64,000 nucleotides of DNA from an uncultured Nitrospiraceae bacterium (lineage in GTDB: Bacteria > Nitrospirota > Thermodesulfovibrionia > Thermodesulfovibrionales > Dissulfurispiraceae): positions 40,983 through 104,982 of the forward strand of contig CAMTVO010000010.1 of the NCBI GenBank assembly GCA_947085205.1. The letters are read 5' to 3'. This document shows positions 51,511-61,610 of this stretch, in pieces (position 1 is the first letter of the stretch; each line of letters starts with the position of its first letter). The notes beneath the pieces were generated by a model. The model made no database searches and was not told where the DNA came from. It worked only from the letters and a program-made list of their open reading frames with translations. The position numbers were made by a program, and so were the translations under genes.

Positions 51511-51914
51511 TATATACCCTCCTTTTTCTTTGCTGTTTCAGAACTGCTAATGTTAGCATTACTCGATTTGTCACTTTTATTTAGATATGATTTAAGGTTT
51601 TGCATAAACACAGCCGATTCTGGGTATGTCTTTTCCTCGAGATCAAAATATTTTAACGCCTCATCTTTTTTTCCTTTCTTTAAGAGGATAAATCCATATT
51701 CACAATAAACACCGGGAGGAACCCTCAAGTCTTTTTCTTTAGAATTTTCCATGATGGCTACAAGCATTTCTTTGTGTTTTTGCAAGTTTTCATCTGTAGG
51801 GTCTTTTTTATACTTGTAAAGCGAAAAGGGATACCGCTCCCAATTGTATAATTGCTGTTTAGCGCAGCCTGAAATTAAAAAACCTATTAAAAGGAAAAGA
51901 AGCAATTTTTTCAT
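51510..51914 (-). CDS. DUF4810-family lipoprotein
   Basis: ISGC lipobox, LYNW, VPPG, EEKTYPES. Confidence 0.85.
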   Translation of the reverse strand: MKKLLLFLLIGFLISGCAKQQLYNWERYPFSLYKYKKDPTDENLQKHKEMLVAIMENSKEKDLRVPPGVYCEYGFILLKKGKKDEALKYFDLEEKTYPESAVFMQNLKSYLNKSDKSSNANISSSETAKKKEGI

Positions 51915-52252
51915 GGCACAAAAACCTCCATAATAGCCTGATTTTCTAATAATAAAATTCTGTTTACAACTATAACTCCATCTTTATAAATTTTTATCGT
52001 ATGTTTCCCGGGTGAAAGCTGATATAAGTTGTCTTCAGGAGATTTTTTTTCCGTCGTTCCGGTTTCGCTGTTGCTAACAATAAAACTTTCGAGCTTAAAT
52101 TGTGCTGTATCATCGATCTGAACTAATGCATTCTGCCAATTGCCTACAAACTTGAGATAACTTTTTTCTGCTTTCTGTATAATTCCTTCTTTATATCCAC
52201 ATGAGCTTAAAAAAAACAATAATACAAAATATATAAGAATTATTTTTTTCAT
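51911..52252 (-). CDS. Lipoprotein (PEGA-like)
   Basis: LSSC lipobox; PGKHTIKI. Confidence 0.7.
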   Translation of the reverse strand: MKKIILIYFVLLFFLSSCGYKEGIIQKAEKSYLKFVGNWQNALVQIDDTAQFKLESFIVSNSETGTTEKKSPEDNLYQLSPGKHTIKIYKDGVIVVNRILLLENQAIMEVFVP

Positions 52253-52265
52253 TCTATCCTCCAAA

Positions 52266-53216
52266 TTATTTTTCAAGCATGTACAAATCAGCAAAGTTAT
52301 AAGCAGCCATATTCCCTTCTAATAAAGTACAAATAGAAATTTCATTATTCGGATCGTCTCCTGTTGTAGACAAGACCTTGAGTTTTGCGACTGGCTGCCC
52401 GGGGAGTTCAATAATCATCCCCGTTTGTGGGTTTTTAACTTTATTGCCTTTTTTATAGACGGTAAATACATCTCCCTCTTTTATTCCTTGAGCCTTGCCT
52501 CCGGAAATTATATAATTGCTGCTTTCTTGGGAAAGGATATATGCTTTCCATGGTTTATCTAAAAGTTTTTCTACGACGTTGTTTGACAGCTTAGATATTG
52601 CTGCAGAAATAGCTTTGTCATTTAAACTGGAATCATAATCTGCTCTGGCCCCTATCCCCATAACAGACCCTGCCTCGGAGAAAGCCTGCCCATCCCCTTC
52701 TTCTGAATAAATAATCTGGCCTGTCTGAACATCTATCAATCTTACGTTTACTTTAGCGTATGCCTCCTGCTTTTTTACACGGCTGAACCAGCCTACATCG
52801 CTTGTTGTTTTCCTTCCAAATTCTGAAACAGATCCAATGATTAAGTAATCTGCTGGAATATTTAAAGAGGCTAAGTTACCTATTTTTAGTTCTTTATTAA
52901 TTTTTTCAATATCGGCTCTTTCAAGCAAGATAAACTTGTCTGTAGCTGCAAGTTTTGCCGACAATATGTCCATAGCCTGTTTTCCTATCTGATCTTTATT
53001 TTCATCTACAAAAAAACCTTTCCCGTATATTGTTTCGTTAGTAAACCGTGCTATGGCTACCTTTCTTTTAAGCATTCTTACAGCCGGTTTTTCGAGGACT
53101 TTGCTGACTTGCGGTTTTTGTTCGATAATTTCAACTTCTTCTTTTTTTACGGTCGCACAGGACTGCAGTAAAAAAATTGCTACAAATAAAAAAATAACAA
53201 CCAATCGCTGAAACAT
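52266..53216 (-). CDS. CsgG/HfaB-family lipoprotein
   Basis: LQSC lipobox, LKRKVAIARFTNET, LLER, GSVSEFGR, RLIDVQTG. Confidence 0.88.
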   Translation of the reverse strand: MFQRLVVIFLFVAIFLLQSCATVKKEEVEIIEQKPQVSKVLEKPAVRMLKRKVAIARFTNETIYGKGFFVDENKDQIGKQAMDILSAKLAATDKFILLERADIEKINKELKIGNLASLNIPADYLIIGSVSEFGRKTTSDVGWFSRVKKQEAYAKVNVRLIDVQTGQIIYSEEGDGQAFSEAGSVMGIGARADYDSSLNDKAISAAISKLSNNVVEKLLDKPWKAYILSQESSNYIISGGKAQGIKEGDVFTVYKKGNKVKNPQTGMIIELPGQPVAKLKVLSTTGDDPNNEISICTLLEGNMAAYNFADLYMLEK

Positions 53217-53366
53217 AAACTCCTCCCGATTAATATTAGCTTCAGGCAATGTAACTTGCTGGTAACTATGAGGAAGTATATCATAAAACTTTTTCAATGG
53301 AAAGCGCAGAATAATATCGCAGAAATCTATTGGTCAATAGGTTAAGACATCATCGGAAAACAGGAT

Positions 53367-53420
53367 AATGGGTTCAGTTGTTTCAAAGGGTCAAACTAAA
53401 GCGGAACAACTGAACCCATT
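53367..53420. repeat. REP-like inverted repeat (16-bp arms), possibly terminating the aldolase gene
   Basis: AATGGGTTCAGTTGTT ... AACAACTGAACCCATT. Confidence 0.75.
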
Positions 53421-53443
53421 CATTATTATTATTGTTCTTGAAA

Positions 53444-54802
53444 TTACAATCCCAGCAGGTCTGTATTTATCTCCTTTTTAACAACCACAGGCTTCACTGT
53501 CCTTTTCACAATGTCCACAGTATTCATAACCCTCAGCTTCTCAAACAATAGTCCGAACTTTGCCTCAAGCTCTTTCATTATAGGCTCTTTTACGCTTGAT
53601 GGCAAATCCCACCACTTCTTTTTCATAGCGCCGAATCCTTTTTTCCTTACACTGTAGAAGAACTGCTCGTCTGTCTGTCCTTCTTTCCTTTCTTTGGCGC
53701 ATTCCTGCTTCAGGTATTCATAAATCTCATTCTTAAAATCAGCAGGAAGATGATTGCTGTCATAAATAATATTCTGGAAGCCTGTTGCCAAATGAACTTC
53801 CGAAGTGCTTGTCTCAGGGAACATATGAAATGCCTCCTCTGGAAGGGTTGATGCTCCGTGCTGTACACAGCCCGAAAGCCCGTACTCCTTTCTCGCGAGG
53901 TCTGACAGCTGCCTTAATGTGTCGAAGTCTATCTTTACCTTTGCAAGGCTTCCGTCTGGAAGGACAACTCCACCGTGACTGGTGCCTGTCTGGACACTGA
54001 GCTTGCTCAGACCCTTTGTCCCCTTGAAGGTCTCTCTAAATCCGTCAAGATATGCCCTTAATTCATCGGGATTGCTGTTTTTGCCGCCGATTTCGCCGAT
54101 TTCACCGCCTATGGATATTTCCACGCCAGACGGCTGTAATTGTCTTACATGTTCTGATAGCTCCGCGGTCTTTTCGAAATTCGGCCGCTGCTGCTCCTTT
54201 GTCGTAGGCTTATCAAGGTCAACGAGAGTGGAAGAGTCGATGTCTATATTATAGAACTCAGCCTCTACTGCCTCTGCTATAAGCCCTTTTACATAGTTTG
54301 TTTCGAGATCAGGGCCGCTCAGATAATTCTTCCTCACAAGCTGAAAGTGGTCACCCTGTACAAATACAGGACCTTCAAATCCCTCTCTTACTGCAGCGGC
54401 AAGGACAACGGTTGCATATTCCAGGGGTTTTTGTTTTGTGTATCCAATCTCTGAGCGCGCAATCTCGAATATCAATGCACCAACATTCATCTCCAGCGCC
54501 TTTCTGAATATTGCCCTTGCAACATCATAGGTGAGTCCCCTGATATTTATTGCAGGTACTGTAAATCCGGGATAGTTCCTTCCCATATCTTCGTACAATC
54601 CCTGAATAGATGCAGGCACAGCGCCGCATGCCTTTGCGACTTCCCTGACAATGGTAAAGAGCGCTTTTCTCTTTTCGTCGTCCGCTTCGAAAACAGCTTC
54701 ATAAATAAGGCTGTCCATGAGGTTTTTGACAGCATTTTTGTCTTTAACGGAAACAGAACCGTCTTTGATTTCGATAATATCTCTTAGCCCTTTTAAAGAC
54801 AT
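53444..54802 (-). CDS. Class II fructose-bisphosphate aldolase-family protein
   Basis: VPAINIR, QGDH, GEIGEIG, GTSHG, VQHGAS. Confidence 0.85.
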   Translation of the reverse strand: MSLKGLRDIIEIKDGSVSVKDKNAVKNLMDSLIYEAVFEADDEKRKALFTIVREVAKACGAVPASIQGLYEDMGRNYPGFTVPAINIRGLTYDVARAIFRKALEMNVGALIFEIARSEIGYTKQKPLEYATVVLAAAVREGFEGPVFVQGDHFQLVRKNYLSGPDLETNYVKGLIAEAVEAEFYNIDIDSSTLVDLDKPTTKEQQRPNFEKTAELSEHVRQLQPSGVEISIGGEIGEIGGKNSNPDELRAYLDGFRETFKGTKGLSKLSVQTGTSHGGVVLPDGSLAKVKIDFDTLRQLSDLARKEYGLSGCVQHGASTLPEEAFHMFPETSTSEVHLATGFQNIIYDSNHLPADFKNEIYEYLKQECAKERKEGQTDEQFFYSVRKKGFGAMKKKWWDLPSSVKEPIMKELEAKFGLLFEKLRVMNTVDIVKRTVKPVVVKKEINTDLLGL

Positions 54803-54889
54803 AAAATCCTCCTGAAAGAATTTTTGAAACTATTATACCAAATCCCGCCGCATTTGACATTACACTTGACAACAAGAAATAATTAAAAC

Positions 54890-55813
54890 ATGAGCCGGAG
54901 ATATAACACATTCGGGCCGTATCTCAAGAATAAATTCGGCGCTGTAGTTTACAAGGTAAATGTCGATGCAGGCTTCACCTGTCCGAACAGGGACGGCGTT
55001 TTGGGGGTAACAGGCTGTATATACTGCAACAACGACAGCTTCAGGCCTTCTAAATGCAAGCCGGAGCTTTCTTTAAAGTCGCAGATACGGAACGGCATAC
55101 AATATCTATCTGGACGATATGGGGCAAGGAAGTTCCTCGTATATTTCCAACCCTATACGAACACCTATGCTCCTGTATCAGAGCTGGAACGGCTTTACAG
55201 AGAGGCATTGTCCGAGCCTTCTGTAATCGGACTTGCCATAGGCACAAGGCCTGATTGTGTTGATGAAGAAAAGATAGAGTTATTGGAAACATTGGCAAAA
55301 GATTATTTCATCCTCGTGGAGTATGGGTTACAGTCCATATATGATAAATCCCTCGACTATATCCTCAGGGGACATGACTACCGGACATTCCTCGATGCAA
55401 TAGAGATGACAAATGATCGGGACATCCATATTGGGGCGCATATTATTGTGGGCTTCCCCACAGAGACAAGGGATGAGATGCTCGCAATGGCTGATAAGAT
55501 TTCAGGGCTTCCTGTCGGATTCTTGAAGATACATCAGCTCCAGATAGTCAAAGATGCTGTTCTTGCAGGGCAATATTTGAGAGAGCCTTTCCATACATTT
55601 GAATATGAGGAATATCTGGATTTTCTCGTGGATTTCATTGAGAGGCTTTCTCCTGAGATAGTCCTCCAGAGGCTCTTTGCCACAGCGCCGGACGACATAC
55701 TCATTGCTCCCCGGTGGGGAAAGACAAGGCAGCAGATAATCCGAGATATAGAAGAGAGGTTTATAAAAAGGGATGCTATCCAAGGCTCTAAGCGCTTATG
55801 TCATAGGCATTGA
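54890..55813 (+). CDS. TIGR01212/YhcC-family radical SAM protein
   Basis: GFTCPNRDG..GCIYC, YFQPYTNTY, IGTRPDC. Confidence 0.92.
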   Translation: MSRRYNTFGPYLKNKFGAVVYKVNVDAGFTCPNRDGVLGVTGCIYCNNDSFRPSKCKPELSLKSQIRNGIQYLSGRYGARKFLVYFQPYTNTYAPVSELERLYREALSEPSVIGLAIGTRPDCVDEEKIELLETLAKDYFILVEYGLQSIYDKSLDYILRGHDYRTFLDAIEMTNDRDIHIGAHIIVGFPTETRDEMLAMADKISGLPVGFLKIHQLQIVKDAVLAGQYLREPFHTFEYEEYLDFLVDFIERLSPEIVLQRLFATAPDDILIAPRWGKTRQQIIRDIEERFIKRDAIQGSKRLCHRH

Positions 55814-57305
55814 TGCGCATTTAGTAGAGGTAGAGGTTGATATAACATCAAAGGGTCTTCCCCATTTCTCAATGGTCGGACTCCCCGATGCTGCCGTAAA
55901 AGAGAGCAAAGACAGGATAAGGGCTGCCCTGAAGAATATAGGCTTTAACTTCCCGTTAAAGCAGATTATTGTAAACCTTGCGCCTGCCGATTTAAGGAAA
56001 GAAGGCTCATCATTTGATCTCCCCATCGCCATAGGAATCGTAGCAGCAGAGGACGTAATACCAAAAAATTCCCTCAATGACTACATCTTGGCCGGAGAGC
56101 TTTCACTCGACGGAAAGATAAAACCTATCAGGGGCGCTTTACCCATTGCGCTTGAGGCAAAGAAGCAGGGATTAAGAGGCGTTATCATGCCAAAGGAAAA
56201 TGTAGCAGAGGCCGCAGTAGTAAATGGAATAGATGTATTCAGCATGGAGAGCCTGCCTGAAGTCATAGAGTTTTTAGGAGGGATCTCAAAAAGAGAGCCT
56301 TTTACAATCGACTTAAATACGGCAATTGCAGAAAGCTCTTTATACGAAGATGATTTCTCTGATGTAAAAGGGCAGGAGCATGCAAAGAGGGCATTGGAAG
56401 TGGCTGCCGCAGGCTCGCATAATGTATTGATGGTAGGCCCTCCGGGCAGCGGCAAGACAATGTTAGCGAAGCGGATACCTTCGATACTTCCGCCAATGAC
56501 ATTCGATGAAGCATTAGAAACTACAAAAATCCACAGCGTTGCCGGACTCTTGAAAAACGGGCAGTCGCTTCTTGCAATCAGGCCTTACAGGTCGCCGCAT
56601 CATACCATCTCGGATGTCGCTTTAATAGGCGGCGGACAAACACCGAGGGCAGGCGAGGTATCACTGTCGCATCACGGGATATTGTTTTTGGACGAGCTCC
56701 CTGAATTCAAGAGAAATGTCCTTGAGGTCTTAAGGCAGCCGCTGGAAAACGGCATTGTTACTGTTTCGAGGGCTGTCGCATCGGTTACCTATCCTTCACA
56801 GTTTGTTTTGGTTGCAGCAATGAACCCATGCCCATGCGGATACCTCGGCGACAGCAGGCATCAATGCACATGCACGCCAAATATGATAAGACGCTACAGG
56901 TCAAGGGTTTCAGGACCATTAATGGACAGGATAGACATCCACATAGATGTTCCTGCCGTGCCTTACAAGGAGCTTTCGAATGATTATGCAGGAGAAAAAT
57001 CAGAGGTAATAAGGTGTCGTGTAACAGAGTCAAGGGAACAGCAGTTAAAGAGATTCAAAGATGACAAGATATTTGCCAACGGCCAGATGAAGACAAGGCA
57101 TATGAAGAAATACTGCAAACTGACAGAAGATGCCCACAGCCTTTTGGATACAGCAATGCAGAGGCTCGGATTGAGCGCAAGGGCTTATTCGAGGATATTA
57201 AAAGTTTCAAGGACAATTGCTGACTTGGAAGGCTCAGAAAACATCCACAGCCACCACGTCTCAGAGGCGATACAGTACAGGACACTGGACAGGGGACAGT
57301 TTTAA
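55773..57305 (+). CDS. comM: YifB/ComM Mg-chelatase-like AAA+ ATPase
   Basis: VGLPDAAVKES, NLAPADL, GPPGSGKT, RSPHH, NPCPCG. Confidence 0.92.
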   Translation: MLSKALSAYVIGIDAHLVEVEVDITSKGLPHFSMVGLPDAAVKESKDRIRAALKNIGFNFPLKQIIVNLAPADLRKEGSSFDLPIAIGIVAAEDVIPKNSLNDYILAGELSLDGKIKPIRGALPIALEAKKQGLRGVIMPKENVAEAAVVNGIDVFSMESLPEVIEFLGGISKREPFTIDLNTAIAESSLYEDDFSDVKGQEHAKRALEVAAAGSHNVLMVGPPGSGKTMLAKRIPSILPPMTFDEALETTKIHSVAGLLKNGQSLLAIRPYRSPHHTISDVALIGGGQTPRAGEVSLSHHGILFLDELPEFKRNVLEVLRQPLENGIVTVSRAVASVTYPSQFVLVAAMNPCPCGYLGDSRHQCTCTPNMIRRYRSRVSGPLMDRIDIHIDVPAVPYKELSNDYAGEKSEVIRCRVTESREQQLKRFKDDKIFANGQMKTRHMKKYCKLTEDAHSLLDTAMQRLGLSARAYSRILKVSRTIADLEGSENIHSHHVSEAIQYRTLDRGQF

Positions 57306-57350
57306 GGCTTCGCGAAACACTTATCTCACAAATGGTTTAGAACGGATGAA

Positions 57351-57552
57351 TTAAGAATTAACGGTCGAGACTCTTTTATACCGTATTACGGTTTCATATT
57401 TGATACTTGCATGTTCAGAGGGAAGGGTATCGATGGTGCCATGACAAACGATCGCCCCCTTTCTCACCTTCTTGTAAGTTTTTACCATATTGGTAACTAC
57501 AGAAGTTAGATCAAACCCGCCTCCGTCACAGCCCTTTATCATACAGTCCATA
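57351..57552 (-). pseudogene. Probable 5'-truncated remnant of a Cys-containing hypothetical protein
   Basis: Protein-like CMIKGCDGGGFDL...VCHG begins abruptly at an octamer repeat array; no clear RBS. Confidence 0.4.
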
Positions 57553-57619
57553 CTAATGTTCTTCCGCACTTCCTAACTTCCGAACTATGGCACTTCTGCA
57601 CTTGATCGGATTCTTTTAC

Positions 57620-57648
57620 TTGACAGGGTTTTCCCGAAGTGTTAGTGT
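57620..57648 (+). promoter_or_regulatory. Putative sigma70 promoter for rhlE
   Basis: TTGACA-17-TAGTGT with extended TG. Confidence 0.6.
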
Positions 57649-57747
57649 TAAGTATTAAAACAACTGCAGTACGCGGATGAAAACTACGTCATTGTAAGCC
57701 CCGGGATATACCCTGGTTTTTTCCCCAAACGCAGAAAAAAGGAGTCT

Positions 57748-59001
57748 ATGGAATTTAACAAGTTTAATTTTCACCCACAAATCGCTGCCGGGATTAAGGC
57801 AGCTGGCTTTGTAACGCCAACACCGATTCAGGAGCAGGCGCTTCCCCCCGTACTTCAGGGGAAAGACGTCATGGGCCTTGCCCAGACCGGAACAGGCAAA
57901 ACAGCAGTCTTCGTGCTGCCGATCCTGGAGCGCCTGATAAACAAACCGCGCGGCCGCATCCGCGCCCTCGTCATTGCACCGACGCGCGAGCTGGCAGAGC
58001 AGATCAACACGACCTTCTCGGATCTCGGCGGCAAAACGCACATGCGCAACATCACGATCTACGGCGGCGTAGGCATAAACCCGCAGATACAGAAACTGCG
58101 CGCCGGCGTCGAGATCGTCGTCGCCTGCCCAGGCCGCCTGCTCGATCATATCAATCAGGGAACGATAAACCTTTCAGGTGTAGAAGTCCTCGTCCTGGAC
58201 GAGGCGGACCGGATGTTCGACATGGGCTTTCTGCCTGATATCAGGAAGATCATCAAGCATATACCGGCCAGGCGCCAGACATTGTTGTTCTCGGCAACAA
58301 TGCCCGATGATATCCGTCGGCTGGCCCACGAGGTACTGCAATCCCCTGTCACGGTGCAGGCCAATCACGCCGCACCGGCAAGCACGGTCGCGCATGCCCT
58401 CTACCCGGTGGATCAGCACCTTAAGACCGCTCTCCTCCTCGAACTGCTGCGCCATACCGACACGGAGTCGGTCCTGATCTTTACGCGCACCAAGCACCGC
58501 GCCAAGCGCGTGGGACAGCAACTGGAAAAGGCAGGCTACAAGGCTGCATCGCTTCAGGGAAACCTGTCGCAGAATAAGCGCCAGGCCGCACTGGACGGAT
58601 TCCGTGACGGCTCGTATCAGGTACTTGTTGCCACCGATATTGCTGCCCGTGGCATTGATGTCTCGCTCATATCCCACGTCATCAACTACGACATCCCCGA
58701 CACCACCGACGCCTACACACACCGGATCGGCCGCACCGGCCGGGCTGCAAAGACCGGGGATGCCTTCACGTTCGTTACCCGCGAAGACGAGGATACGGTG
58801 CACGGCATTGAACGTGTTCTCGGCGAAAAGATAGAACGGCGCACGCTGAAAGGCTTCGATTACAAAAAACCAGCACCGGCGCGGGACAGCGAGTTTGCCC
58901 GTCCGCCGCGCGTGGTTGCTCATCGGGGTTCCGCTCCTCAGCGCCACTCTGATTCAGCGCCACTCAAGAACAGGGCGCACAAACCCTTCACCGGTCGCTG
59001 A
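57748..59001 (+). CDS. rhlE: DEAD-box RNA helicase, RhlE-like
   Basis: AQTGTGKT, PTRELA, DEAD, SAT, HRIGRTGRA; AGGAG RBS. Confidence 0.92.
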   Translation: MEFNKFNFHPQIAAGIKAAGFVTPTPIQEQALPPVLQGKDVMGLAQTGTGKTAVFVLPILERLINKPRGRIRALVIAPTRELAEQINTTFSDLGGKTHMRNITIYGGVGINPQIQKLRAGVEIVVACPGRLLDHINQGTINLSGVEVLVLDEADRMFDMGFLPDIRKIIKHIPARRQTLLFSATMPDDIRRLAHEVLQSPVTVQANHAAPASTVAHALYPVDQHLKTALLLELLRHTDTESVLIFTRTKHRAKRVGQQLEKAGYKAASLQGNLSQNKRQAALDGFRDGSYQVLVATDIAARGIDVSLISHVINYDIPDTTDAYTHRIGRTGRAAKTGDAFTFVTREDEDTVHGIERVLGEKIERRTLKGFDYKKPAPARDSEFARPPRVVAHRGSAPQRHSDSAPLKNRAHKPFTGR

Positions 59002-59051
59002 GACCTATTTACTAAAAGTCTCAAAGTAATAAACAAATAACTATTTACTTC

Positions 59052-59315
59052 ATGAAAAGTATGGCGCTTTTTACAGATTCGAGCCTGAACCCTAACAATA
59101 AAGCCGACGTGGACGCCTGCCTTATTGTTTCCGGTTCCTTTCTCGATACTCTGCCTTCAGAAATAAAATTCTCCGAAATAGCCGAACTTTTAAAGGTAAA
59201 AAGATTTGAAGAGACTTCGTCTGCAGCACTCGAACTTCGGACGGTATTGTGGGCAATTAAATAGCATAAAAAGATTTTTGGTCGGATGGAGAAATTGCAG
59301 GTATATTCCGATTCC
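59052..59315 (+). pseudogene. RNase HI pseudogene (internal TAG, 3'-truncated)
   Basis: LFTDSS, ELRTVLWA, then in frame past TAG 59262-59264 KLQVYSDS, matching the D/E/D RNase H motifs. Confidence 0.7.
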
Positions 59316-60210
59316 AATTTTTCATTAAGCCCTTTTCCTTAGCCGTTAGCGGAAACTCATATGCAGCGCCTATATTGAGGTTATCGGTAATTTTAAACCT
59401 GAATCCGGCTGCCATTGTAGTAAAGTCCTTGTTTCTACCGGCATGCTTTGCGCCAAGGTTTATGAGGTCGCCGCCTTCAAATGTGGCCAGGTCTTCGAGG
59501 TTAATCGGGGTAAAGTCTGCCTTGCCTTTGCCCGCACTGAGAACACGAAAATGGTTTAATTCAATCAATGGATAAAATCTTTTTGCAATGCCGTAGCTTA
59601 AATGCCAGCTATCATAAAGCATTGTACTTTCCTTGCCGGAGTCAAATGGAATGGTGGCGCCAATCGTTGCTGCAAGTTGAAGGTTTCCAAAGCCCTTTGT
59701 CAGCAGTACTGACGGCGATATGTTTCCATCGCCATTTCCCTGAAAGACCTTTTTATTGCCGGTAGGTAGTTCGATCAAAACCTTTCCGGACAGAGCGAGC
59801 TTGTCTGCCGGGTTCAATATAAATGCGTATTTGACGCCTGCCGCAAGATCGGCAAATCCTGTGGCCTTATTTAATGTCTCTTTGGGCCTAAAATTAATAT
59901 ATCCGTCTTTTGCGGCAACAATTGAAAGTCTTTCACTGACCGCGTATTCGAAGGCAAGAGCGGTTACAGTGAGATGTCCATCAACGGGCACTTGCGTTAT
60001 TGTTTCGCCAACATTTACTTCAACTTTTTTAGGCAGACTTTGATATATAAAAATCGGATGGATATATGTCTGCGGCACTGCAAGATCGAAGTAAATGGGA
60101 TTGGTGACAGGCCGTATAAAATCAAATTTCTTTGCATCACCTGCAATAGTTGTCTTAGAAAAGACAAAAATCATACCAGCTGTCAAAAGACAGACCAAAA
60201 AATTTTTCAT
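59316..60210 (-). pseudogene. Outer-membrane beta-barrel protein, C-terminally truncated/fused
   Basis: Signal peptide and amphipathic beta strands; last strand replaced by antisense RNase H sequence (ORF runs on to 59257 without a terminal aromatic residue). Confidence 0.6.
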
Positions 60211-60327
60211 AACATCCTCCTTTGATTTCCGTTTTTTTAAATAGATACTGCCATAAACAGACGCTATTTCCGATATTATCATCACCTCCATTATTAACAG
60301 GACTGTTTTTATCCTGTTTTTGTCAAA

Positions 60328-60378
60328 AAAACTAAAGCAGGCTTTAGTTTTCGAGCGGAATGCAAAAGCATTCCGCTC
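60328..60378. terminator. Two tandem hairpins after the bd-like pair
   Basis: AAAACTAAAGC-AG-GCTTTAGTTTT and GAGCGGAATGC-AAAA-GCATTCCGCTC. Confidence 0.65.
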
Positions 60379-60385
60379 CTGTATG

Positions 60386-61600
60386 TTATAAATAGTTCCT
60401 CACCGAAATTATAATTCCCAGACCAGCCACCACCACGATCCAGGCTAAAAGCAGGGCTATACTCAGCCTGCCCCATTTATTCATGGAAGGCGTGGCAACA
60501 TATTCACCGCTAACCCTGCCGGATTTATAGGCAACCGACAGGAAATAGCCTATTATTACCAGTCCCATTACAAATGTTGCCAGGAATAAGATAGTGCTTC
60601 CCCAGTCAATGTTCAATTTGTAGTTAAATATGGAATAATCAAAACGGCCTAAATACTCCATCCTCAATGCCTCTCTGGTGTATGACATCGCAAAGATTGT
60701 CACAAAGGCTCCGAGTATCCCTGGTATCGCATATTTAACAGGATCTTTCTGTGCATTATAGAGTAAAAACAGCAATGCAATGCCAAGACCCGCACCTATC
60801 AGAAAGAGTGGATTTGTGTAGAAGTTAAACTCACCTGGAAGACTCAATAACCACCAGAAACCAACCACTGCCTGTATGGCGGTGAAGACAAAAGCCATCT
60901 TTGCTCCCATCTTTCCGACCCAATCAAGGTATCCTCTGTCAAAGTCTGCCCTGCCCTTAAAATACCATACATAAAGCATCAGGAATATGCCTGTCATGGC
61001 AAATAACGGGACAATAAAATGTAGGAACCTCGGAAGCTGAAATGCGTGTAAGGATGTTCCTGACGTATCAACAATGTTCCCCTTTATATACCAGTTAAGC
61101 CATTTCTCAGGTTGTAAAAGCTGATAACCGAGGACATGCATAATAATGCCAGAAAGAAGAAAGAGGGCAAAGGCTATAATGCCGAATATAGCAAAGCCTC
61201 CTCCAGTTTTATGTTCTCTTTTGAGGTAAAAGACATATGTCAGGCTATAGGCAAGCATCATTATAAATACAAAACCTATAACCCATGCAGCAGAAAGTGT
61301 GTTGGATGCATACCAGAACGGGTCATACACAACCTGAACAAAGAGAAGCGGCGCTACCCCTAAAAGTATTGCCATAGACACATTGGCTGTGGTTGCACTT
61401 GCCATAGATTTAGAAAGTCTTCCCCACTTTTCTCCTCCATTTAAATATCCATATACGGATAAGAATGATGTCCCCAGTGTGAAATTCACAAACATTATAT
61501 GAAGGGCAAATGTAAGAACCATCAGAACCTGAAACACAATTGAATAAAAGGGAATTCCCATTGGATCCTGTAGTATCTTTAGCATTGTATTTATTTCCAT
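60386..61600 (-). CDS. CydA-like membrane protein (second subunit of a bd-like complex)
   Basis: About 10 TM helices; LHIMFVN, GVAPLLF, RFLHF, REALR. Confidence 0.65.
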   Translation of the reverse strand: MEINTMLKILQDPMGIPFYSIVFQVLMVLTFALHIMFVNFTLGTSFLSVYGYLNGGEKWGRLSKSMASATTANVSMAILLGVAPLLFVQVVYDPFWYASNTLSAAWVIGFVFIMMLAYSLTYVFYLKREHKTGGGFAIFGIIAFALFLLSGIIMHVLGYQLLQPEKWLNWYIKGNIVDTSGTSLHAFQLPRFLHFIVPLFAMTGIFLMLYVWYFKGRADFDRGYLDWVGKMGAKMAFVFTAIQAVVGFWWLLSLPGEFNFYTNPLFLIGAGLGIALLFLLYNAQKDPVKYAIPGILGAFVTIFAMSYTREALRMEYLGRFDYSIFNYKLNIDWGSTILFLATFVMGLVIIGYFLSVAYKSGRVSGEYVATPSMNKWGRLSIALLLAWIVVVAGLGIIISVRNYL

Positions 61601-61610
61601 GACTTCCTCC

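Noticed and set aside
59262..59264. Programmed TAG read-through (pyrrolysine) in RNase H
   Set aside because: The gene is also truncated downstream and shows degenerate motifs, so pseudogenisation is simpler.
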